Made by a program: the position numbers and the translations under genes | Notes under the pieces: generated by a model | Told to the model about the DNA's origin: nothing | Seen by the model: only the letters and a program-made list of their open reading frames with translations | Databases searched by the model: none | Shown here: positions 18,354 through 28,430 of the stretch, one piece after another | How positions within the stretch are numbered: the stretch's first letter is position 1 | How the letters are laid out: every line of letters starts with the position of its first letter | NCBI GenBank assembly: GCA_047601445.1 | Contig: JASGJH010000001.1 | Location: 6,656,001-6,720,000, forward strand | Length of the DNA: 64,000 bases | Direction: 5' to 3' | DNA from: Myxococcales bacterium | Lineage (GTDB): Bacteria; Myxococcota_A; Polyangia; Polyangiales; DASUME01

Positions 18354-19091
18354 ATGCGTCTCGCTATCTTCAGTGACGTACACGCCAACATCGAGGCCCT
18401 CTCGGCCGTGATGGAGAGGGTGCGTCACGAGGGCGTCGACAAGTGCTTCTGTCTGGGCGACGTCGTGGGTTACGGCGCCAGCCCCAACGAGTGCTGCGAT
18501 GTCGTCAAGCGCGTTGCCGAAGTCACGATCCTCGGCAACCACGATGCGGCCGTCGCAGGCCGCATGGACTACTCGTATTACTACGAGGCCGCGCGCCACG
18601 CGCTCGATACCCACGCGGGCATGCTCACGCGCGAGAACATGGCCTGGCTCAAGACGTTGCCCTACAAGCACCGTATCGAGGGCACGGGCGTGGACCTCTG
18701 CCATGGCTCCCCGCTGCGCCTCGAAGAGTTCGAGTACATCTTCGCACCCGAGCAGGCGCGCGAGTGCCTGCAAATCTGGGAAGACCTCAACCACATCACG
18801 CTCATCGGACACTCGCATCTGTGCAAGGTGTTCGCGCTGCGCCCCAACATGGTGCGCGAGCTGACTCCGCAGACGTTCCGCCTCGAAGAGGGCACCAAGT
18901 ACATCGTGAGCGTGGGCTCGGTGGGGCAGCCGCGGGACTACGACAACCGCGCGAGCTTCACCATCTACGACAGCGAAGAGAAGATCTTCGAGTTCCACCG
19001 CGTGGAGTACGACATCGAAGCGGCGGCCAACCGCATCTTCGCGGGCTCCCTCGAGCGCAACTTCGGGCATCGTCTGTTCATCGGCGTCTGA
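18354..19091 (+). CDS. Metallophosphoesterase (calcineurin-like) family protein
   Basis: SDVHAN, LGDVVGYG, GNHD, HGSP, GHSH, GSVGQPRD. Confidence 0.92.
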   Translation: MRLAIFSDVHANIEALSAVMERVRHEGVDKCFCLGDVVGYGASPNECCDVVKRVAEVTILGNHDAAVAGRMDYSYYYEAARHALDTHAGMLTRENMAWLKTLPYKHRIEGTGVDLCHGSPLRLEEFEYIFAPEQARECLQIWEDLNHITLIGHSHLCKVFALRPNMVRELTPQTFRLEEGTKYIVSVGSVGQPRDYDNRASFTIYDSEEKIFEFHRVEYDIEAAANRIFAGSLERNFGHRLFIGV

Positions 19092-19676
19092 GCCCGCGAG
19101 CACAGCGTCAGGCGCGGTGCCTGCGACGCGCACGCAGGCACGCGCGGCGAGTCTTGCGCGCGCGCGAACGCACGTGGACATGACCATGCCCGCGCACCAG
19201 GAGATACGAACAGGTCGTGCTGCGCAGCGTGGGGTGGAAGACCCAGCGTTTACGCACGATGCTAGCCGCGGTCACGAGGACCTCGAGCCGCTCGCCTCGA
19301 CCGCCGCGAGGGGGGCGCGCTTGGCGGGTGATGCGCGCGTAGGTTGCATGAGATGGCGGAGCCGGGGTCGTCCTTGCATGCAGGTCGTATCGGTCGGTGG
19401 CGCGGCGGGTTGCTCGAAATCTCCTCGTGTCCCGTGGCCTTCTGTTCGCTTCGCTCGCGGTCTCACCCCAGATCCCTCTGACGCGGCCGGACTGGGAAAA
19501 ATTCCGAGTCCCGGCGAAAAAAATCCTGGGGGCGAGCCGAATCTGGCCGGGAGCCTCCGTAAGAAAGTCGTGTGTGTCCGCCGCCCGCGACGAGCTCTCG
19601 CAGTGGGCCCGCTGGTTGCTTCGTGAGGCTCGACCCGACGTGGGCAAGCGCGGGTCTACGTGAGGAGAGGTTCCGT

Positions 19677-20099
19677 TTGAGTGCTCCCTGTCGTCTGTCT
19701 CCCGAGCTGCAGCATTTCTTGAGCTATCGCGTTGGATCGCTCGAGTGCTTGCAGGTGCTCGCCGCCTTGTGTGCCCGGCGCAAGCGTGGGGCGCTTGCGG
19801 TGCAGGTCGCGGCGACGCTCGATATCTCGGAGGTCGCCGCCATGGTGGCGCTCGAGCAGCTCGTGGCTTCGGGACTTGCCGAAGTCGTGACTGGCTTGAC
19901 AGGCCCCAGCTATCGGCTGGCCTGCTGCCAGCCCGAAGAGGAGCGTGTGCTCGAGGAGTTGATGTTCGTCTACTGGAACGCGCGGGTCGATCTGTTGGCC
20001 GAGATGGCGGGGAACTCTCTCAAGCGTGTGCGCTTCCACGCCCATCAGCTGCTGCGAGGGGCCCTCCGCCTGCAGCGGGCTCCGCTCGCGCAGGGATAG
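19677..20099 (+). CDS. Hypothetical winged-HTH-like protein
   Basis: AGGAGAGG plus TTG start; VAATLDISEVAAMVALEQLVASGL resembles an HTH. Confidence 0.55.
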   Translation: MSAPCRLSPELQHFLSYRVGSLECLQVLAALCARRKRGALAVQVAATLDISEVAAMVALEQLVASGLAEVVTGLTGPSYRLACCQPEEERVLEELMFVYWNARVDLLAEMAGNSLKRVRFHAHQLLRGALRLQRAPLAQG

Positions 20100-20142
20100 C
20101 GAGCGCCCGCGCGGGGCGCGAGATGGTCTACAATCGCGGGTC

Positions 20143-21276
20143 ATGCGCTTCGTGCGCTTCATCCCCAAACTCTCCTCCTGGGTCGTCCTGCTCGCTCTGC
20201 ACGCGCCTGGCCTCGCGCGCGCGGAGTCTGCGACGCAGCCGGTGCGAAAAAAAGCACCGCGGACCGCCGCCGCGCCGTCCGCAGCGCAACCCACCAGCAC
20301 ACTGCGCCAGCGTGCGCAGTCCGGCCTCTATGCACCCGGCACGCCCTACTACCCGGAGCGCTATTGGGCACTCGAGAAGAAGCTCGGCGTGCGCGCGGAG
20401 ATCGTGTCGGGCTTCGTGGACTTCGAGTACGTGTTCGGGGAGCCGCGTGATCTCGCGCTCTCGCTCAAGGGCAAACGCAAGCTGCTCTACAGCTGGGAGC
20501 CGCACTGCGTGGGCGAGGGCACGCCCGAGCAGAGCTGCACCGACTTCCGCGCCGTGATCGACGGCAAGCTCGACGAGTACTTCGAGCGCATTGCGTTGAG
20601 CATGCAGAGCTACCCGGGTGAGATTTACGTGCGACCCTGGGCGGAGCTGAACGCTCCGTGGTCGCCCTATCGACCTGGCTCCTCGAGTTCACGCGCTGGC
20701 ACCCGCGACGAGTTCATCGCGGCTTGGCGCCATTTGGTGAAGTTCTTTCGCACGCGCGGCATCAACAACCTGCGCTTCGTGTTCTCGCCGGACGCCAACG
20801 AGGACGCCGAGACGGTGCCCGTGGCGAGCTTGTTTCCCGGCACCGAGTTCGTGGATGTGCTCGGCATCGATGGCTACAACTGGGGCGACGGCGGTCGCGA
20901 TGGCAACACCAGCTGGCGCGAGTTCGACGGCGTGTTTGCGGACATGTACCGGCGCTTGACGGCCTTGCATCCGAATGCGCCGGTGTGGATCTGCGAGTTC
21001 GGATTGAAGGAGCCCAAACGTGACGACGGCAGCGCGGAGAGCCCGGCGCCCACGGACCCCAAGCACGACAAGGCTCAGTGGCTCGAGCGCGCGCTGAACT
21101 CGAGCGAGTTCCCCCATCTCGCGGCGCTGGTGTTCTACAGCTCGCGGCCAGCGAGCGGATACCAGCGTGACTTCAACGTGGACTCGTCAGCAGGTTCGCT
21201 GCGGGCCACGCGCGCGTGGTTCAAGTACCGGCAGGGGGTGAAGCGAGGGAAAAGACCCGGAAGTAGCTCAAGATGA
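20143..21276 (+). CDS. Secreted glycoside hydrolase family 26-like protein
   Basis: WEP, RPWAELNAPW (acid/base Glu), DVLGIDGYNWG, WICEFG (nucleophile Glu). Confidence 0.8.
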   Translation: MRFVRFIPKLSSWVVLLALHAPGLARAESATQPVRKKAPRTAAAPSAAQPTSTLRQRAQSGLYAPGTPYYPERYWALEKKLGVRAEIVSGFVDFEYVFGEPRDLALSLKGKRKLLYSWEPHCVGEGTPEQSCTDFRAVIDGKLDEYFERIALSMQSYPGEIYVRPWAELNAPWSPYRPGSSSSRAGTRDEFIAAWRHLVKFFRTRGINNLRFVFSPDANEDAETVPVASLFPGTEFVDVLGIDGYNWGDGGRDGNTSWREFDGVFADMYRRLTALHPNAPVWICEFGLKEPKRDDGSAESPAPTDPKHDKAQWLERALNSSEFPHLAALVFYSSRPASGYQRDFNVDSSAGSLRATRAWFKYRQGVKRGKRPGSSSR

Positions 21277-21345
21277 CGAGAGCCGAGAGCGCGCGCACGC
21301 TTTGCATCCTGGCGCGATTTACCCCGCTGCACTAGGTAACCCGCC

Positions 21346-21876
21346 ATGCGCCAACGCCTCGTGTTTTTGGGCACTCTCGTCGTCCTGTGGTTCAGCTTCA
21401 CGAGCGGGCATGCACAAGACGGTGGACGCCTCGACCCTGGTAAGCAGGTGCAGCGCGACGTGTCAGCGATCCTGCACAGCTTGTATCGAGGGGAAGTCGA
21501 GGTGGTGCTGCGGTACACGCATCCCGCCATCGTGCAGATGCTTGGCGGCCCGGACAAGGCACGTCGTGCCTTGAACGACGGTGCCGCGCAGATGGCGAAG
21601 GCCGAAATGAAGATCGAGTCGCTATCATTTCCCCGGTCGCCGGAATTTTTTGACGGCGGGCAACGACGATTTGTCTTTGTGCCGACGTTGCTGATCATCG
21701 TGGCGAAGGGCGCGCGCATCGAGAGCCTGAATTTTCAGCTCGGCATCTTGGAACCTGGCAAGACTGATTGGAAGTACGTCGAAGGTTCCCGCGTCACGCC
21801 CGAGAACGCGCAAGCCCTCTTTCCAGGATTTCCCAAGGAGCGCGCGCTGCCGCCTTTCTACAGGAAGAGGATCTAG
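21346..21876 (+). CDS. Exported hypothetical protein
   Basis: Signal peptide ending SGHA-Q; 176 aa. Confidence 0.65.
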   Translation: MRQRLVFLGTLVVLWFSFTSGHAQDGGRLDPGKQVQRDVSAILHSLYRGEVEVVLRYTHPAIVQMLGGPDKARRALNDGAAQMAKAEMKIESLSFPRSPEFFDGGQRRFVFVPTLLIIVAKGARIESLNFQLGILEPGKTDWKYVEGSRVTPENAQALFPGFPKERALPPFYRKRI

Positions 21877-21912
21877 GCTGCGCCGACTCGGGCCACCGTT
21901 GCCACCACTCCG

Positions 21913-23802
21913 CTACGGAGGGAAGCTCGCCGGTAGGTCCGCCAAGACTTCCGAGGTGGTGCGCGTGGTGGTGAGGCCCGCGGTGCTGACTTTCACCACG
22001 CCTGCGCTCGCGTTCTTCACGGTGGAGGTGGTCGCGGGCAGCCAGCCGGCCTGGAAGTTCGGCAAGCTCACGAGCTCCTGGGGGAACTTGATGCTGTGTA
22101 TGGTCTCGCCGACTGGGAACCAGCCTGCCTCCGCGTGGACCGTGAAGATGTGGGCGTTGGGCACGGCTACGTAGTTGAAGCCCAGCGTGTACTCGGTGGC
22201 CCCGGGATCGTCGTCGAAGTTCGCCTCGGGCGCGAAGTGGTCGTAGCCACCCGACTGCAGGAGGCTGGCGCTGAAGTCGACCGGCAAGGTCACCGCATAG
22301 GGAGAGCCGGCGGTGGTGTAGGCCTCGACCGTGTGCGTGTGGCTGCTGTCGGGGCTGTCGGAGGCGACGAAGTGCAGTCGATCGCTCGGTATGCGATTGG
22401 CGTTGGGCAAGGTCTTGAAGTTGACCGTGGCAGTGGAGCCCGCTGGCACAGGATTGTCCGAGATCTTCATGCCCAGGTCGGCATTGCTGACGGTGAACTC
22501 CACGTAGGCCTGCGGGGCCGCGCTGACCACGCCGGAAACGTTAAGCGTCTCCGCCTGAGGAGCGAAGCCGCCCGTGTCCAAGTTCACGCCCTGGAAGTCG
22601 CTCGACGGGAGCTTGATGTTGCGGAAGACGTTGATTCTGATTGGTGCGCCGCCGCTGTCGATGCCGAAGACGATGTCGGAGGCCTGGTTGGCCACGAGCT
22701 TGTCCATCGAGTAACTGAGGTCGCTTGGATTGCTCCAGCCCTTGAGGTTGTTGTACCACTTGTGCGCGTACCGGAAGTTGCCGGCAGTGGGGTTGGTGGG
22801 CGGCGTGATGCTGCCGCTGCGCGACACCTGCGTGGGCCCACTGCCCGTGCAGTAGGCCATCTGCTTGATGAACACCGCGGCATGCGACGCGGGCGCGAAC
22901 AACACCTGACCGCTCGAGGCGCTGCCCGAGCACACGTAGGCAAGGCCGTAGCGCGGCGAGCTGACCTTGAAGATGTAACTGCCCGTCGATGCAGCCGACA
23001 GCTCCTGCCAGGGACCATTGCCATCCTGATAGGCGAACCAGGTTTGATTGGCGGGCGCGCCCCAGGGATTGGTGCTGGACACGATGATGGTGGTGTCGGC
23101 CACGGCCGCATCGGGTTGGCCCGTGCCCCCATCGGGAACACTCACGCTGCCGTCCTTGAAGGGCGCGCCCGAGTCGATTGCGCCCGCGTCAGTGCGGGTG
23201 CCCAGCCCCGAGTCCATACCTCCGGTGTCGCCCGCGTCGGGCTCGCCGAGTCCGGCATCCATGCTGCCCGGGTTGCCCGCGTCGGGCCCGCCGACGCCTG
23301 CGTCGAAGTTACCCGCATCCGCAGGAATGCCCGCGAAACCGAGGCTGAAGTGCTTGGTCTTGGCGGCCACGGACTTGCCGTCGTTGGTGCTCGCGAGCTT
23401 CTCGAACTCGGTGTCGGAGCCCTCCTTGGTGAAGAACACCTTGGCCTGGGGCTCATCCTTGTCCGTGTCGATCTTGACCGTGACTTCCTTGTTGAACGTG
23501 GTGCCCTTGGGCCCGAACTCGTAGACCCCGGAGACCAGGTCCTTGGCTTCGGCTGGCAGCGTGACCTTGTCGGTGTCGATCTTCTTGGCGGAGATCATCA
23601 CATCTTTGTCGAGGGCGCCCGCCGGGATCTCCAGGCTCACGCCCTTGCCCTGCACCATGCCGCCCTTCTCGCCGACGATGACTCTGACCTCGTCGGGCAG
23701 CGTCTCGCCTTGCTCATCGGGGGAGGAGGTGTCGGAGCAGCCCACGAAACCTGCGCAGCAGACCACCACGGCCAAGCCGCGAACCAAGTGACCCAATGAC
23801 AT
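21913..23802 (-). CDS. Lipoprotein with ZU5-like domain, DAG linker and beta-rich C-terminus (paralog 2)
   Basis: Lipobox FVGC; LEIPAGAL, YEFGPKG, KHFS; WFAYQDGNGPWQ. Confidence 0.8.
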   Translation of the reverse strand: MSLGHLVRGLAVVVCCAGFVGCSDTSSPDEQGETLPDEVRVIVGEKGGMVQGKGVSLEIPAGALDKDVMISAKKIDTDKVTLPAEAKDLVSGVYEFGPKGTTFNKEVTVKIDTDKDEPQAKVFFTKEGSDTEFEKLASTNDGKSVAAKTKHFSLGFAGIPADAGNFDAGVGGPDAGNPGSMDAGLGEPDAGDTGGMDSGLGTRTDAGAIDSGAPFKDGSVSVPDGGTGQPDAAVADTTIIVSSTNPWGAPANQTWFAYQDGNGPWQELSAASTGSYIFKVSSPRYGLAYVCSGSASSGQVLFAPASHAAVFIKQMAYCTGSGPTQVSRSGSITPPTNPTAGNFRYAHKWYNNLKGWSNPSDLSYSMDKLVANQASDIVFGIDSGGAPIRINVFRNIKLPSSDFQGVNLDTGGFAPQAETLNVSGVVSAAPQAYVEFTVSNADLGMKISDNPVPAGSTATVNFKTLPNANRIPSDRLHFVASDSPDSSHTHTVEAYTTAGSPYAVTLPVDFSASLLQSGGYDHFAPEANFDDDPGATEYTLGFNYVAVPNAHIFTVHAEAGWFPVGETIHSIKFPQELVSLPNFQAGWLPATTSTVKNASAGVVKVSTAGLTTTRTTSEVLADLPASFPP

Positions 23803-23888
23803 CGATTGCCCTTCTCGAGCGCGACGGCGCGCCTAGTGATCGTACGGGTGACTGAGCGCCGCACACAAGCAGCACACTCGGGGCAGGC

Positions 23889-25697
23889 TCACTGGGGGAG
23901 GTTGGTCAACGAGCCCTGGCTGACGGCTCGCGCGCGCAGCTGGCTGCCCGCGCTGTCGTCGATGAACATGCCGCAGGCCTCGGTGTTTACGTAAGACAAC
24001 TGTGGGGGCGCCCATGCGGCCTTGAACTGGGGCAAACCCGTGAGGTCCGGATAAACCAGGGTGTGGTTGGTGCCGCCATCGACCATCAACCAGGCGCGCT
24101 CCCAGCTCATTTCCACGTAGCCCGTGTTCCAGGAGAAGTTCAGGCCATAGGTGTTGAAGCTGGGGTCTTCGTCGAATTGCATGCTGGGTGCGAAGCGGGA
24201 CTCGTCGGCCAGCGAGACGTCTGCGGCGAACAGGGGCGGCATGCTGATGTTGGGCCCGGAAGAGGTCGTGAACAGCGTCAGGTCGCGATAGCCGCCGCTC
24301 ACGGTGTCCATGACGTAGTACCGGATGCGATCGCTGGGATCCTTGAGCCCTGCGGGCAACGAGGTCACGGGGGCGGTGGCGTTCTTGCCATCGAACTCCA
24401 CCGTGCCGAGCACATCCATACCCGCGCTCGCACCGGACACGGTGTACTGCGCGCTGATGATGTGCTCGGCGCCCAGATCGCCTACCTGCAGGGTGCCGAA
24501 CTCGGGGGCCGCGCCGGCGTCGAAGAAGTTGAGGTCGATGCCGCTCTCGTCGCCGGCGAGCGTCACGTCGCGCAACACGTTCACCTTCACGAAGTTGCTG
24601 CCATCGTGCAGACCCACCACGAGGTCGGTGGTCTTGCCGGGGATGAAGCCGGGGATGCTGTAGGCGTACTCAGGATCGGCGAAGGGCGACACGTCGGCAA
24701 ACCAGCGGTGACCGAAGCGCACCTCGCCGTTGGTCACGCTGGCCGGGGCCAGGATGTTGCCCGAGCGCGCGACCGTGATCGGCAACGGTGCGCAGTCGCC
24801 CTGGGCTTCGATGGTGAGGGTGGCCGTGGTCTTGCCGGCGTGGATGATCTGCTGCCGCGGCTGCTCACCGTCGCACACCGCGACGAAGCTGTAGCGCTCG
24901 CCCTTGATGTCGAAGCGATAGATGCCGGCCGACTCTGCCGTAATGACCTGCCAGGCGCCGTCGCCGTCCTGGAACGCGGCCCAGGTCTGGCTCGTGGGGG
25001 TGCCGTAAAAGTCGTAGCTGCGCACGGTGACCTTGGGCAGCGGCGTCACGCCGGAGTCGCTGGTCGTGCCGCCGTCGGGGAGCGTGACGCCCGCGTCGAG
25101 CTTGGCGCCGGCATCGGGCGCGCCCGTGCTCGCATCGTCGTCGCCGGCATCGAGTCCACCATCGCCGGTGCCGGGATCGATGGGACCCGCGTCATGGCCC
25201 GCGTCCATCACGGCGACGTCGTCGGCAGGGACGCCGACGAAGCCGAGGCTGAAGTGGTTGGTCTTGGCGGAGACTTGCTTGCCGTCATTCGCGCTGGCCA
25301 GCTTCTCGAAGTCGGTGTCGGAGCCTTCCTTGGTGAAGAACATCTTGGCCCCGGACGTTGCCTTGTCGGTGTCGATCTTGACGGTGACGTCCTTCATGAA
25401 CTTCGTGCCCTTGGGACCGAACTCATAGACGTCCGAGACGACGTCCTTGGCGGAATCGGGCAGGCTCACCTTGTCCGTGTCGATCTTCTTGGCCGAGATC
25501 ATCACGTCCTTGTCGAGTGCGCCCTCCGGGATCTCGAGGCTGACGCCGTTGGCTTGCACCACGCCGCCGCCCTTGCCGACCTGGACTACGACTGCGTCGG
25601 GGAGCTCGCTGTCTTGGTTGGGATCGTCAGAGCAAGCCACGACGCCCGCGCAGCTCAGCAAGAGGGCGAGGCAACGCATCGAATTACGCAGTGACAT
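23889..25697 (-). CDS. Lipoprotein with ZU5-like domain, DAG linker and beta-rich C-terminus (paralog 1)
   Basis: Lipobox VVAC; LEIPEGAL, YEFGPKG, NHFS; WAAFQDGDGAWQ. Confidence 0.8.
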   Translation of the reverse strand: MSLRNSMRCLALLLSCAGVVACSDDPNQDSELPDAVVVQVGKGGGVVQANGVSLEIPEGALDKDVMISAKKIDTDKVSLPDSAKDVVSDVYEFGPKGTKFMKDVTVKIDTDKATSGAKMFFTKEGSDTDFEKLASANDGKQVSAKTNHFSLGFVGVPADDVAVMDAGHDAGPIDPGTGDGGLDAGDDDASTGAPDAGAKLDAGVTLPDGGTTSDSGVTPLPKVTVRSYDFYGTPTSQTWAAFQDGDGAWQVITAESAGIYRFDIKGERYSFVAVCDGEQPRQQIIHAGKTTATLTIEAQGDCAPLPITVARSGNILAPASVTNGEVRFGHRWFADVSPFADPEYAYSIPGFIPGKTTDLVVGLHDGSNFVKVNVLRDVTLAGDESGIDLNFFDAGAAPEFGTLQVGDLGAEHIISAQYTVSGASAGMDVLGTVEFDGKNATAPVTSLPAGLKDPSDRIRYYVMDTVSGGYRDLTLFTTSSGPNISMPPLFAADVSLADESRFAPSMQFDEDPSFNTYGLNFSWNTGYVEMSWERAWLMVDGGTNHTLVYPDLTGLPQFKAAWAPPQLSYVNTEACGMFIDDSAGSQLRARAVSQGSLTNLPQ

Positions 25698-26066
25698 AGG
25701 AGTGTCCTTGTGAAAGCGGAGTCGCTGAGAGGGAAGGAGAAGGATGTAGATCAAAGCCGTGGTTCCGGGGCTGGCTACCTGATCGGGTAGTTCGGGGCCT
25801 GCTCGTTTCGGGCGATGAGCCACCCAAACTAGCCACGACTCCAGCGCAGTTCGCCGACGAGGCGAGACCGCGCGCCCAACTTCCCGAAGCCATGTTTCGT
25901 GTCCCCACCGCGACGCGTGTGGGCCGATGTTAAAGGGCGGCGTACGTCGGGCACAAGAAGCAGGCTCGATTTCCGCTCACATGTTTCCGTCCGCGCGCGC
26001 TTTTCCCCTGCGAAGCGGCGCTGCGCGGTGCCCGAGGGGGACGTGAGCGACCTGTACGGCGATGAA

Positions 26067-27318
26067 TCAACACTCGGCCCAGCGCAGCAGGCCCTCCCAT
26101 GGTGGGAGTCCATCGTGCAGCGCGTGGAGCGGCGGTGTCTGCATGCTCCCCACATCGCACACGCGGGGGGCCAGCCGGGGAGGCAGGTTGCTCAGGAGCG
26201 CGTCCCAATCGTGCACGCCCGCCACGCCCAGGGTCTTGAGGTGCACCCCCAGCGGAGCCAACTTGGCCGGCAAATCCTTGGCGCTCGCGAGTCCCAGCAC
26301 CTGCAGGTTGCGATAGCCCGGGGTCAGGCGTAGGGCGCCGCGCTCCTCACAGCACACCGAGAATCCGTCGCCCTCGAGCAGGCGTCCGCGCATCGCCCCC
26401 ACGCCGCGCCAGCTCACCTGGGCGCTGGCGATTTCGAGGGGCAAGGTGCCCCGCGGCAGCGTGGCATGTAGCGCCTCGAGCTCCGCGAACACCAGCTCGC
26501 CGAACTCCTCGAGCCCCACGTTCGCGCCGTTCACGACCCAGGCCACCAGCGGCGAGAGACAACCGCGTTGATCGTAGGCTGCCACGTCGAGCGCGAGTCC
26601 GCGGGCCACCTCGCGTGCGCTCTCGAAGCTGGCGAGGGCTGGCTTGTCCACGAACACCGCCCCCAGGCCATGTCCGTGGGGCACGAAGCTCACGGTGGCG
26701 CCGAGGTTGCCGCGGATTCTCGTTTAGCGTGCGGTCGCTGCCGTAGGCGATGACCGCGTCGGCCTGCTCGAACAGGGCGTTCAGATGATGGCTCTCGTCG
26801 CCGGCGAAGGTGGCCACGCCGAAGGCATCGCTGAGGCCCGAGTCGCTCTCGTCGAGGGCCTCCTTGAGCAGGCGCGCGAACACGTCGTCATCGGAGGAAG
26901 CCTTGGCCACCACGGGCCAGCCGAACAGGAGCGGCAGTGCTGCGCCGCGTGCGCCCGCCGTGAACACGTTGCCCGCCAAGATCAAGGCGCACAGCTGTCC
27001 GGGTCGCACCAGGCGCGCGCGTGGATGGGGAGGCTTCACGCTCCTGGCTAGGGCCAACAGGTTCGGTTCACTGAGGTCCGCGAGGGCGTGCTCGAGGGCC
27101 CAGGCCACCATGGGTGCGCTCAGGCCCGAGCTCTCCGGGATCTCCGCGCGCGCACGCTTACCGAGCGTGCTGTCCTTGGCGAGCAACAGCTCGAAGGCGC
27201 GCCCGAGCCAGCGCGCACGGCCCGCGTAGTCCGCGTGCCACAGCGCATCGCCACGCGCCACCACCTGGGTGGCCAGCGCGCGCACCGAGCGGCCGTCTCG
27301 GGTGACGCCGTGGATCAT
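26067..27318 (-). pseudogene. LuxC-like acyl-CoA/acyl-protein reductase with one +1 frameshift near 26717 (possibly a sequencing error)
   Basis: LAGNV, KASS and ADAVIAYGSD in one frame; HGHG and AYDQRGCLSP (catalytic Cys) in the next. Removing one base gives TLNEIRGNLGATVSFVPHGHG. Confidence 0.82.
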
Positions 27319-28430
27319 GAGGTCCTCCGCTGCAGCAGCTGGTCGGCCGTGATGGAGCAGCCGCGCGCCACCGCCCCCTGGGCGCGCCCGAGCAGCGAAA
27401 GGCCATGTGCGTCGAGCTGGCCCAAGTCAGCAGTCTGGATGGCACCCACGCTGTCCAAGTTGGCCACGTCGTCGATGCGCACGAGCCCGCGTTCACCGTC
27501 GGCTGCGGGCAACAGCGATTCCGGATCCACCACGCTCACACGTACGAAGCTCGGGGCCCACAGCCGACGCGGCCCGACCTGTTGGCCGAGTACTGCCTGG
27601 CGCAGGCTGGTCTCGTAGAGCTGCGACGAGAGCTCGGTCATGCCGTACTCCGCCACGACGAATGCCTCGGGGATGCCGAAGCTCTCGCTCAGCCATGCCC
27701 GCATGGCCTCCGGTGCCACCTCACGTGAACGACCCTTGAAACCGCCCGTCTGCATCACGCGGCTGCCCGGCGGCAGCCGATACTTGGTGCTGCCCAGGAG
27801 ATCGAGCGCATGCACGAAGGCGAACGACGTCCCGAGCAAGGCCACTGGCTCACCGGTCTCCTCGGTCGCGCGCAGCGTGTGATCGAGCGCCCTGATCTCG
27901 TCTTCACCGATGGGCCAGACGTGGCGCGTGCGTCCGTTGCCGAACCACTCCACGAAGCGCGCCAACATGTACGAGAGGGACGAGTCGCCGAGCTCGGACT
28001 CCGAGGGAGCGAGAATCAACAGCGACATGCGCGGGCGGTCCGGGAACAGCGCGTAGCGCGCGGCCACCTTGGCGGAGGCGTCGTAGAGCGAGAGATCGGC
28101 GAGCGCATGCTCGCTGCGCTCGTCGTGGGTAGTGCCGGAGCTGCGGAACAGGCGCTGCTGATCCTGCGGGTGTCGGCTCGAGATGCGAGCGAACCGGAAG
28201 GCGTCGGTGGGCAGCGCGGGCACGTGGGCCACGTCGACGGGAGTCTTGCCCTTCAGGCGCTGAGTGCTGAAGTTCTCGTAGGGTTGCACGTAGCGGCGCT
28301 GGTACTCGGCCAGCGCAAGCAGGAGCCTGTCGCGGGTGACGTCGTCACGGGTGCCGTCGCTCAGGCGTGCGATCAGAGCGAGGGCACGCCCATGGAGCTC
28401 GGCGCGTTCGTGGGCCTGCTCTGGCGTCAC
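27315..28430 (-). CDS. LuxE-like acyl-protein synthetase
   Basis: FRSSGTT, SSLSYM, QTGGFKG, EYGMTELSSQLY, LGRA..ARGCS; 4-bp overlaps with both neighbours. Confidence 0.87.
   Translation of the reverse strand: MTPEQAHERAELHGRALALIARLSDGTRDDVTRDRLLLALAEYQRRYVQPYENFSTQRLKGKTPVDVAHVPALPTDAFRFARISSRHPQDQQRLFRSSGTTHDERSEHALADLSLYDASAKVAARYALFPDRPRMSLLILAPSESELGDSSLSYMLARFVEWFGNGRTRHVWPIGEDEIRALDHTLRATEETGEPVALLGTSFAFVHALDLLGSTKYRLPPGSRVMQTGGFKGRSREVAPEAMRAWLSESFGIPEAFVVAEYGMTELSSQLYETSLRQAVLGQQVGPRRLWAPSFVRVSVVDPESLLPAADGERGLVRIDDVANLDSVGAIQTADLGQLDAHGLSLLGRAQGAVARGCSITADQLLQRRTS

Noticed and set aside
19092..19670. Gene or RNA in the 580-bp gap after the phosphoesterase
   Set aside because: The ORFs are Arg/Ala-rich without motifs; only a GC hairpin near 19115-19145 with no U-tract was seen.
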